64,000 nucleotides of DNA, taken from Heteronotia binoei (taxonomy: Eukaryota). The stretch covers positions 14,942,001 to 15,006,000 of the forward strand of contig NC_083236.1 in NCBI RefSeq assembly GCF_032191835.1, given 5' to 3'. The position numbers and the translations under genes are program-made. How positions within the stretch are numbered: the stretch's first letter is position 1; each line of letters opens with the position of its first letter. Of the stretch, positions 21,919 through 32,000 are shown piece by piece. The notes under the pieces are model-generated. The model was not told where the DNA came from. It did not search any database and saw only the letters and a list, made by a program, of their open reading frames with translations.

Positions 21919-23640
21919 CTAGGTGCCCATGTCCTTTCTGGACAAAACGTTGCATTGCTGCATGCAGAAGGAATGTCCAGTCTTTAAGATGTACTCCTCC
22001 ATCTCCCAGGACCACCTCTGGAGTTTGGTGCTCTCCCTCCGTTGCTGCTGTTGCTGGGGTGAGTGGTCCATCAAAGGAGGAAATTCCTGGCCCCACATAT
22101 GGGGTTGGAAACTGCCCAGTTCCCACCCAGTTGCTCCTTCTTTATCCCTCATTGGTGGAATGTTCCCTCTGTCCACTCTGTCCTCCCAGAAAACCACCTC
22201 TGGGGCTCCAAACAATTGCTGTCCCAGCTTCTTTTTGTCTCCTTCCTTCCTACCTATATGCACCACCATGGACCTCGTAGAGAATGGCTGTGGTATCTTC
22301 ACCTGCACCACTTGAACTGCCTTTCCCATTTTCTCCATAGCCACCACATAAGTAGCATCGCCCAGGTCATCCACAATCACATGGGGTCCCACCCATTCCA
22401 CTTTCCGTTCCCCAGTATGAAGGGGCAGGAAATCCATCACCCTATCCCCTGTCTCAGCTTCTGAGAACTCCACTTTCTGGTCCCTTGCCACCTCACACAG
22501 TGTTTCCAGCCTAGGGTCACTTTGAACCTCAGACAGGAACACTTCTGGCTTCCCCAGACTTCCTATCATCTGTTCCTTCAAGCCACCCCTAGTCCCACTG
22601 TTTCCAGAACACACAGCCAACGTTTGATCTGGGTTCTCCACCCCCTCAGTTGGTTTTTCAGTGTCAGCCAACTGAGCTCCTTCCTGCCTGGAAGGCCCCA
22701 CAGCATCCTGCTGCCCTTGTGGAAATTGGCACCCCTCTTCCCATTGGGCACACCCTCCTGCAGGGCTTGAGACAGGCTGGTCCTCCCCCTCCCTGGTTGG
22801 TGGTGAGGTGGCTTCCCTAAAGTTGCCTTCCTCCCCCCACCTTCCCCTGAGGGTTTGGCTTGGGTTCTCAGTCCCCTCGGTTGGTTTTTCAGCACTACCC
22901 AACTGACCCCCTTCCTGCCTGGAAGGTCCCACAGCTTCCCAGGATTCCTGTCTGCCCTGCTTCAAGACGACTTGTTTTGAGAGCATCTCGGACGATCCCA
23001 CTTCCTGATCCACAGCTACTTGGTGAACCGGTTCCAACCTAAGGCCGCTGCGGACCCCCTTCTGGAACCGCTCCCGTCCCCCCAAGCCTTCAGCTATGTG
23101 CTCCTCTGAGCCCACATTAGCCTTGCTGCTCTCAGAACCTCCTGTGAAATCTCCACTCTCCACCTCGGTCTCTTCAGCTTGCACATCCTTTACGCTAGAC
23201 AGGTTCCCTTCCTCGCTAGGAACATCCACAGCCTCTTGCTGCACTTGGGGAAAGCTACACCCCTCTTCCCCTTGGGAACACCCTACTCCAGGGCTTGAGA
23301 CAGGCTGGTCCTCCCCCTCCCGGGTGACTGCCCTCTCTTCCTCCTCAGTAACCTGGGCTATTTCCCCCTCCCTGGTTGGTGGTGAGGTGGCTTCCTTAAA
23401 GTTGCCTTCCTCCTCCCACTTTCCCCTGGGGGTTTGGCTGCGGGGTACAGCCTTGATAGAGTACTGGCCAACCACCAAATCCCGGCCCAATAACACTGGA
23501 ACTGTTTGTTCCTTCATTACCCCACATTCAGAATAGGATTTACCTTCTTGTGGAGCCAAACCCCTGAACTGCTTTCGGGAGTGGTCTGGCCCCAGTTTAA
23601 ACCTTTTAAATACAGTGGCTTTATAGCCTGCAAAAGTTAT
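21919..23640 (-). pseudogene. Fused gag/protease/integrase remnant ORF
   Basis: Contains the protease C-terminus (PVLLGRDL), an integrase-entry helix (FLSEVQSDPRLETL) and a GPY/F-like domain (GDRVMDFLP...WVGPHVIVDDLGDATYVV). No RT or RNase H motifs. Confidence 0.7.
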
Positions 23641-24269
23641 CCCCCATCTTCCATAGGCATGCTGTAATAGATGGCTGAAAGTTCTCCAGTCAGGTTGCTA
23701 CAGAGGTAAGACATATAGTCCTCCTCTGCAATCCCCCACTGTTTGGCTGCCCTCTCAAAGTTGGAGAGGTATGTGGAGGGGTCTTCTCCCTCCTTGTACA
23801 CTGCAAAGTCTTTGGGGGTGACTTTGATCGTTCTGCTTAGTTCAGCTTCCAGACGTAGCACCTCAAGCTCATGGCGACGTTGCTCTTCCTGCTCCCGTCT
23901 ATGGATTTCAGCTTTCTCTCTTTCTTCCTGTCTGCGGATCTCAGCTCGTCTCAGCTCTCTCTCTCGTTCCTCCTGTCTGCGGACTGCATCCCTCTCTGCT
24001 TGTCGTTCCTCTCTCTCTCGTTCCTCCTGTCTGCGCTCTTGGTACGCCTTGGTACGTATTCTTGCCAGTTCCAACTGTAGCTGCAAGGTTACTTCTGACT
24101 GGGTGGGGGCCACTTTTGCAAGTGCCCCTACATGCTGATGATACTCCAAAAGGAGGTCTTTCATATCTACTACAGTCATGTTGTCGCACTCCAGCTTGTG
24201 CTTTGCACACTCTTCCTGGAGCTGTGGCTTTGTCATCTCCAGGATTTCCCGCATCTTAGCACGCTCCAT
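23637..24269 (-). pseudogene. gag-like ORF (210 aa), cut by a 1-nt frameshift
   Basis: E/R/Q-rich coiled coil followed by KDFAVYKEGEDPSTYLSNFERAA, which is capsid-like. The capsid motif continues in another frame (YKATVFKRFKLGPDHSRKQFR). Confidence 0.8.
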
Positions 24270-24398
24270 CCTAACTAGCTAAACTTTCCCTACTCCAGTT
24301 GACCCGAAAAGAAAACAAAACCGCTGTTGCTTCCTCTGGGTGCTTGCACGCATCAAAAACCAAAAATGCCTGGCCAATCAAGTTCTCTGTTTGTTCTC

Positions 24399-24416
24399 AT
24401 CCCACCGCTGCCACCA
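24399..24416 (-). other. Primer binding site for tRNA-Leu
   Basis: The + strand ATCCCACCGCTGCCACCA equals the 3' 18 nt (including CCA) of vertebrate tRNA-Leu(AAG) as I recall it. It lies 2 nt inside the 5' LTR boundary. Confidence 0.85.
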
Positions 24417-24418
24417 AG

Positions 24419-25283
24419 TGTGGCGGAACCGGCCCGATTCTGGTTTCAGACCCGGTCCCGTCAGCTCCCTATTGAGTCGCCAACTCCTGGAGGGAGCTAT
24501 TTCTCCTCCTGCCCCTTGGGCTCGCTGCCACCACCTGCTCAGTCCCGGGGTTCAGATTGAGAGGAACAGGACTCCCAATCCCCCTCTCCAGCTGCGAGGC
24601 TAGGCCTCCAGGTCCTCTGCCACCCTGCACTTGGGTTTCACAGAGACCTCAGCGCTTCTTTGGGGCACCCCTGGAGGATTGGCACCTTATCCAACTGCAT
24701 GCCTTCCCCCTTCCCCGGGGCCCCCTTCTCAAAAACAGCGTGGTCTAAAGCGGTCTGGGGATCTAGGTGGTACAGAGATTGACTGCCAGCATTTAAACAG
24801 TAAAAATATATTTATTTAAAAAGAGAAAAAGATAGGAAAAGAAAAACAAAACAAAAACAGTTGCATCTACCAAATTAGCACAGCACAGCCCAGCTCAGCA
24901 CAGCACAGCACAGCACAGCCCAGCACAGCAACCAGTATAACAAAGAAAAGGTGATTATACACGCATCCGGCTGGCCCTGCTCTAAACCTGCCCTGTCTTG
25001 TGAATTACTTACTTAGTCTGCCTGCCTGGGCCTTCCCAGGCAGGAGCCTCCATTGCTCACCACATGCTCGCTCGAGCCCCAGTTCAAATCTGGCTTCTCT
25101 TCCTGCCTAACACATGCAAGGAACAACAGCACTTCCTGCCTCTCTAGGAGATTTTCCCCCTAGCGTTGTTGGTTTGGCTCTAGAAGGGAGGGGGGGGGAA
25201 GGCTACAAAGCCTGCTGAATGGATTTACTGATCCCTGCCTTTTTGGATGAAGCACCAACACTCTCAGATGGCGTTTCTCCACA
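24419..25283 (-). repeat. 5' LTR (865 bp)
   Basis: Direct repeat of 20918-21768, adjacent to the PBS. Confidence 0.95.
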
Positions 25284-25384
25284 ATTACCTTTAATTTATA
25301 CCCCGCCCTCTCCACGTGGACTCAGGTCGGCTAACAGTCCAAATTTCAGGCAATAAATACGAATTAAACAATCAAACTTCAAGC
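25284..25384 (-). mobile_element. L2-type 3' end fragment (tail continues at 20904-20917)
   Basis: Reverse of tgttagccgNcctgag...gagggcggggtataaat, the same terminus as the L2 at 27370-27420. Flanked by a GTTGTTGTT duplication (20895-20903, 25385-25393). Confidence 0.75.
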
Positions 25385-25908
25385 GTTGTTGTTCAGTCAC
25401 ACAGTCGAGTCCGACTCTTTGTGACCCCATGGACAAAGTCACACCAGGCCCTCCTGTCTTCAACCATCTTCCGAAGTCTGCTCAAATTTGTGTTTGTTAC
25501 ACCAGTAATGCTGTCCAGCCATCTCATCTTTTGCCGTCCCCTTCTTCTTTTGCCTTCTGTCCTTCCAGGATCAGGATTTTCTCCAATGAGTGCTCCCTTC
25601 TCATTTGGTGGCCAAAGTATTTGAGCTTCAGTTTCTGACCTTCCAGGAAACAGTCAGGGTTGATTTCCCTTAGGACTGCCTGATTTGATCTCCTTGCAGT
25701 CCAAGGGACTCTCAAGATTCTTCTCCAGCACCACATCTCAAAAGCATCTATTCTTCTGTGCTCAGCCTTCCTTATGGTCCAGCTCTCACAGCCATACATT
25801 ACTACTGGGAATACCATCACTTTGACTATACGGACTTTTGTTGGCAGGATGATGTCTCTACTTTTTATTATACTGCCCAGGTTCGCCATAGCTGTCCTCC
25901 CAAGGAGC
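25385..25908 (-). mobile_element. Bov-B/RTE LINE 3' fragment
   Basis: ORF LLGRTAMANLGSIIKSRDIILPTKVRIVKVMVFPVVMYGCESWT; the 3' end reads gagtcggactcgactg...gaacaacaac. Confidence 0.9.
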
Positions 25909-26287
25909 ATGAATCATAGAATCATAGAGTTGGAAGGGACCTCAAGGGTCATCTAGTCCAACCCCCTCCACAATGCAGGAAACTCACAAATGCCTCCCCC
26001 TAAATTCACAGGATCCTCATTGCTGTCAGATGGCCATCTAGCTTCTGTTTAAAAACCTCCAAGGAAGGAGAACCCACCACCTCCCGAGGAAGCCTGTTCC
26101 ACTGAGGAATCGCTCTAACGGTCAGGAAGTTCTTCCTAATGTTGAGTCGGAAACTTTTGATTTAATTTCAACCCATTGGTTCTGGTCCTACCTTCCGGGG
26201 CCACAGAAAACAATTCCACACCATCCTCTATAGGACAGCCCTTCAAGTACTTGAAGATGGTGATCATACACCTATTAGCCGCCTCTT
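25909..26287 (-). mobile_element. CR1 LINE 3' fragment
   Basis: Reverse CR1 3' end with an (ATTCTATG)n tail: agaatcatagagttggaagggacc... Confidence 0.85.
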
Positions 26288-26640
26288 ATTGAGCGTGTGG
26301 TAGTCATTGCAGAGGCAGAGCTCCCCGCTTTTCTCCTTCACAAAAATGACGGGGGCTGACAGCGAGGACATGGATGGCCAGATGAACCCTCATTGCATGT
26401 TCTTGGAGATGAAGTCTTGTAAGGCTTCTAGCTCGGCTTCCGATATTGGGTGTAGGCGCCCTACCAGTAGGGGTGCCCCTGGGACCAGATCGATAGCGCA
26501 GTCATAGGGGCGATGAGGAGAGAGCTGGTCTGCCCCCTTCTCCTCAAAGACATCAGCAAAGTCTGATATTTCCAAGGGAGCTGGGGCCTGTCGGCCGGGG
26601 CAGTGGCTGAGAGAGTGGACATTGGAGCAAGGTGCAGGCA
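26285..26640 (-). mobile_element. Degenerate Ty3/Gypsy RT fragment, 5' part (same element as 20353-20883)
   Basis: DFADVFEEKGADQLSPHRPYDCAIDLVPG...ELEALQDFI..*GFIWPS..LSAPVIFVKEKSGELCLCNDYHTLNK. Confidence 0.85.
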
Positions 26641-26681
26641 CGAAGTTCCGTATTTTTAAAAGTTCCTTCAAAAGTTCCGGT

Positions 26682-27441
26682 CACCTCAAGATTGGACTAC
26701 TGTAATGCCCTCTACTTGGGGCTACCTATGTGCCGGACCCGGAGGTTGCAGCTGGTGCAGAACGCAGCAGCCAGGTTGCTGTTGGGGCTCCCGAGATGGG
26801 AGCACATACGGCCAGGGCTGCGCGGACTGCACTGGCTGCCAATTACCTACCGGGTCCGGTACAAAGTGTTGGTCATTACCTTTAAAGCCCTATACGGCCG
26901 AGGACCGGCCTACCTGAGGGACCGTCTCTCCCCATATGAACCCCAGAGAGCACTGAGGTCAGTTGGTAAAAATAAAATGACCATCCCTGGGCTGAAAGAG
27001 ATCAGGCTCCAGAGTACCAGAGTACAGGCCTTTTCAACAGCGGCCCCTGCCCTATGGAATCAGCTTCCTGAGGAGGTGCGGGCCCTGCGGAACCTTGATC
27101 AGTTCCGCAGGGCCTGCAAAACCGCCCTCTTTAAACAAGCATATATTGACTGCTGCTGTTAACTAAGGACACGCCAACATGGTCCTGTTCAAGGACCTAT
27201 GTCAATATGGAAATAATTATGCTGGCAGAAATTAGCGTCAGAATGTCACCATTGCTGCCAGATTAAATTAAAGTATGAATTTTAAATACATTAACGGGTT
27301 TTTATGATGTTAAGTTTAAGTTTTATTGTTAATTTTAAGCTTTTATATTTATTGTATATGTATAAATGTTGTTAGCCGCCCTGAGCCCGTCTAGGTGGGG
27401 AGGGCGGGATACAAATAAAATTTTACTTTACCTTACCTTAC
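26682..27441 (+). mobile_element. L2 LINE 3' fragment with open ORF2 C-terminus
   Basis: SRLDYCNALYLGLP...LQLVQNAAARLL...LHWLPI..RVRYKVLVITFKAL, followed by a 3' UTR and a (CTTAC)n tail. CpGs are retained, suggesting a young insertion. Confidence 0.9.
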
Positions 27442-27821
27442 TAAATGCTTTCTCTTGAAGGTCTTTTGAGGTCTGGCACAATGCCAGAAAATCCACCCTC
27501 TGAAGCATCCATTTTCTCCAGGGGAACTGGTGTCTATAGTGTAGAAATGGGTGATAATTTTGGAAGGTTCCCAGGTCTCCCCTGGAGGCTGGTACCCAGG
27601 GCTATTTTGTAGAGAAAGCCCAGCATGAACTTATTTGCATATTAGGCCACACCCCCTGATATCACCATTGTTTCACATAGGGCTTTTTTGTAGAAAAAGC
27701 CCAGCAGGAACTTATTTACATATTAGGCTACATCCCTGACACCAAGCCAGCCGGAACTATGTTCCTGTGGGTTCTTGCTCAAAAACAGCCCAGCCTGCAT
27801 CCATAATAAATTCTCCCTTCC

Positions 27822-28332
27822 TAGGGTTGCCAAGTTCAATTCTTAAGAAATATCTGGGGACTTTGGGGGTGGAGCCAGGAGACATTAGGGGTGGAGCCAA
27901 GATCAAGGCTGTGAAAAGCATAATTGAACTCCAAAGGGAGTTCTGGCCCTCACATTTAAAGGGACGGCACACCTTTTCAATGCCTTCCTTCCATAGGAAA
28001 TAATGAAGGATAGGGGCACCTTCTTTTGAGGCTCATAGAATTGGACTCCCTGGTCCAATATTTTTGAAACTTGGGGGGTATTTTGGGGAGAGGCATTAGA
28101 TGCTATACTGAAAATTTGGTGCCTCTACCCCCAAAAATAGCCCCCCCAGAGCCCCAGATACCCGCGGATCAATTCTCCATGATTTTCTATGGGAATAAAT
28201 CTCCATAGGGAACAACTGAGTTCCCAGCAGACATTTCCCTCCCCTCTCCCCCGCTTTCTGACGACCCTGAAGCGAGGGGTGGGCCTCCAAACCGGGGGAT
28301 CCCCTGCCCCCACCTGGGGATTGGCAACCCTA
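27822..28332 (+). mobile_element. hAT MITE family A
   Basis: TIRs plus an 8-bp TSD TCCCTTCC/TCCCTTGC (1 mismatch). Confidence 0.92.
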
Positions 28333-29025
28333 TCCCTTGCTCAAACCCCATCCTCCCTAGGTTCCACCCGCAAATCCCCAGGAACTTCCTGAGCCGGAGT
28401 TGGCTTTGGCTGCCCTAGTAGAGCCTGCTGCTCTGGATTTGGTCTTTGTTTCCCTCCCTCTGGTGCGTCTCCTAGCAACCGCGCCACGCGGCCTAGGCCC
28501 GGCGGAAGGCTTCTCTCGCGGCTTCCGGCTCTCGCTTTCCCTCTCCTCCGCCTGAGGCGCTTGTCGGTCGGGCAGAGTCTGGAACGGAGGACCCGGACTG
28601 CATCTGCCCGCGCGGGACAAAAACCAAGAAGTCTGCTCCTCGGACCTTGCGGCTTCGCCTAGCTGTTTTTCCACGGCAGAGACGGCTCCCTTTGCCCGCA
28701 ATAGGCATGCTTTCGCCGGGCTCCGCTTCCTCCAGCCTGGCTGGCAGAAGGTGCTGGAGAAGGAGCTGCACCGTGGAGGAGCTGCGAGCCCGGCGGAGAG
28801 AGCGCGAAGCGGGTTAGTGGGCGGCAGGGGCCAGGCATTGAGCTCTGAGTTGCCCCGAGCATGGAGCAACTGCATGGCCGGAAGAAGAGGCGGGGTGCAT
28901 GCATGCAGGGCGGGGCAGGGTGCATGCAAGCGCTTGCATTGCTTCAGTTACCCAGGAAGAGCGGGACTGGGGCCTGGGGCCGTTCGGGGTGTGACATTCC
29001 TGGGTCTGATAGTGGCGAGGGGGAC
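28333..29025 (+). promoter_or_regulatory. TMCO6: TMCO6 CpG island / promoter and exon 1
   Basis: High CpG density around the first coding exon, with ETS-like (C)CGGAAG motifs and an RFX X-box-like GTCTCCTAGCAAC at 28467-28479. Confidence 0.7.
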
Positions 29026-32000
29026 TAGGGTTGCCAAGTCCAATTCAAGAAATATCTGGGGACTTTGGGGGTGGAGCCAGGAGACATTGGGGGTGGAGCC
29101 AGGTGACTGGGGCTGGAACCAGGAGAAAGGTTGCGACAAGCATAATTGAACTCCAAAGGGAGTTCTGGCCATCACATTTAAAGGGACCGCACGCCTTTTA
29201 AATACCCTCCCTCCATTGGAAATAATGGAAGGGGCACCTTTTTCGGAGCTTGTAGAATTCGATCCCTTGGTCCAATCTTTTTGAAACTTGGAGGGTCATT
29301 TGAGGAGAGGTGTTGGATGCACTGCTGCAAATTTGGTGTCTCTACATCAAAAGACAGCCCCCCCCCCCAGAGCCCCAGATACCGGTGGATCAATTCTCCA
29401 TTATTCCTTATTGGAATCTGCCTCCATAGGGAAGAATGGAGTGCCCAGCAGACATTTCCCTCCCCCCACCACTTTCTGATGACCCTGAAGCAGGGGAAGG
29501 GCCTCCAAACCAGGGGATCCCCTGCCCCTACCTGGGGATTGGCAACCCTAAGGGGGACGGATGAGGCCTTTTGCTGCCACCCAGGGGCTACCTGGCAGGG
29601 GCAGCCGTCCAAAAGCAGCACCCTCAACAGCTGGGGCAGTCACGCCCACCAGTACGAAGGCTGCAGGCCTGACCTTCCTTGGCATCCTGCAAAATATCAG
29701 CTACTTCACATGCATTGTTCGCCAGTATTCTTTGTAACCCATGTAGGTGAATTCTGGAAAAAAGCGGTTTTGCAGGATTAAGTAAGTCTGCTAGGATCGA
29801 TGGGTTGTTAGACGGTATAGCTGAGCCGGGTGCTTTTGGCTGTATGTGGTATTTATGCCTCGGTGTCGTTTAAGAACCTGTAAAAACTTCATAGCCTATT
29901 TTCCAGGTCTCAACTTTCTTGCCGAATTAGCAGACCAAAATAGTGGGAAGTTGAACAGCATTCAAAGCATTGCTCTAAAATAAGCAGGGAAACCATTTTT
30001 ACAATTACGTGCTTAACTATTTTATTCAGAATGTAAGCTTTCGTGTGCTCTAAACACACTTCATCAGATAATAGTAAGGCATGGCAAGCAATCCTAAATA
30101 CAGAGAAAGTGGGCTGTGGGTTGGTGTGCAGAGTCATGGAAATGTTTTTTTAGCAGATTAAAAGAATCATGAGTTGGAGTCTGGTGTTTGCTAGTTAGTG
30201 TTAACTGGGCTGAAACAACAAAAGGTGATATAAAGCAGATTGGTGTACATGTACTAAACCCATTAGTTATCCTGAAGTGCAATAAAAGAGATTTTGTTGT
30301 AATGTTTTTGTTGTTCAGTCTCTGGGTTAAAATAAAGGCATGTGGGTTACTCAGAGGTTTGATCTAAGCATATAACACACATGTTTATATGCAACATTTC
30401 AAACACCTTTATTGCTGTTCATGGTTAGGTTAATTCAGGTGGGAAGCTGTGTTAGTTTGAAACAACAGAACAAAGTTTGAGTCCAGCAGCTCCCTTAAGA
30501 CCAACAAAGTTTAATTCTAGGCGTAGCTTTCATGTGCATGTATCTGAAGAAGAAAAGCTTATACCCAGAATTAAACTTTGTTGGTCTTAAAGGTGCAGAT
30601 GGACTCAGATTTCGTTTTGTAATTCGGTGTCACTAGCCCACAGCTCCCAACTGTCCTTTGTCATGAGAGTCCTCTTCTGTCCTCAACCTCACAACTGCTG
30701 TTCTAACTGCTGGCCACTCAGTTTTTTAGGCAAAGCAGTCACCTATTCTGGATGGAGGGGGTTTCCCTTCTCCCTTGCTCCTTCATCAGCCCTTTCCCAA
30801 GTTTTCTTTTCCCCTTTCCCCAAGTTTCCACTATCTCTGTCACAACCAAACAGCTTCAACCTGATTTCCTCTCTGGTCCCATTCTCTATAGACCATCCAC
30901 TCCACAGCATTTCTGTAATGAAAATAAGCAATTTCAATGTACTTTGTGAGCTATGAACCCACCTAAAGTCACTGATTATGTATCCAGTTTCACTCAGTCT
31001 CTGGTCTTGCTGTAACTGCTAGCTATATTTTGACAAATCTGTAGAACAGTAGCCATTCCCTTTGGTGTAAAGAAGAGTGCCTGGAATGTATTGTGGATTC
31101 CCTATTGTTTTCAGGGATTTCACTTTCTCACACATTCATGCGATCATCTGTAGATCATCTGACCTCTGTTCTTGGATGGGCAGCAGATTGCTGGAGTGAC
31201 AAAGGGTTGTGAAGCTTACTAATTACTTCCCTAATAATCTGTGTTCACTTTACCTTGGACTATCTTCTCCGTTCAGACTTTCTTCATACCTTAACCATTG
31301 CTAATCATAGTTTTATAGAATTGGATTGATGTGCATATATTTTGCTCTGTATGAGAACTGCATAATCACAGTAAAAGACTCTTTTCACTTCTCTGCTCTC
31401 TTCCTTGGATTTGATCACTTCGACAATTGGGTGCTGCTTTGGTACAGCCCTGAGGAGTGCCCGGAGGCTGCAGCAGTTGGTCAGTAAGCGGCTGTTACGG
31501 GATGATGCTCTGATAGAGGACATATGCATGGGAACAAACAGCGGTACAACAGCTCCAGTTTCTGAACAGGAGGTAAGAAGTTTGGGGCTTAATCCAACTG
31601 TTCAGTCTCTGAACAGGGGGTAAGAAGTTTGGGGCTTAATCAGGGTTCACTGCAGTGCACTGAATCCCAACTGGTTTGCTTAGGGATAATGGGCATTTCA
31701 TGTTTATTGTTGGCTGTGATTGTAAGCTGCCCAGACTGCAGAGAGATATTCATGTGAATGTGTTCTTTCTTTCAAAATAAATGTTAGCTAAAGAGGGTGC
31801 AGAGTGTTAAAGTTGCAGTACTGCAGTCCTAAGCTCTGCTCACGACCTGAGTTCGATCCTTGGCGGAAGCTGGGTTTTCAGGTAGCCAGCTCGAGGATGA
31901 CTCAGCCTTCCATCCTGCTGAGGTCAGTAAAATGAGTACCCAGCTTGCTGGAGGGAAAGTGTAAAAGACTGGGGAAGGCAATGGCAAACCACCCTGTAAA

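Larger units (their letters stand above)
20918..25283 (-). mobile_element. Young, internally deleted Gypsy-type (Gmr1-like) LTR retrotransposon, 4366 bp
   Basis: Two TG...CA LTRs and a 5-bp TSD ATTAC (20913-20917, 25284-25288). It has a tRNA-Leu PBS, a polypurine tract at 21769-21785, a gag-like ORF, and protease and integrase remnants. Confidence 0.95.

Noticed and set aside
23743-24138. 131-aa plus-strand Ser/Leu/Arg-rich ORF
   Set aside because: Antisense shadow of the low-complexity gag coiled coil.
28357-29149. Several 88-190-aa ORFs around TMCO6 exon 1
   Set aside because: Expected in a GC-rich, stop-poor CpG island. Only 28707-28812 matches a known protein and has a phase-compatible donor.
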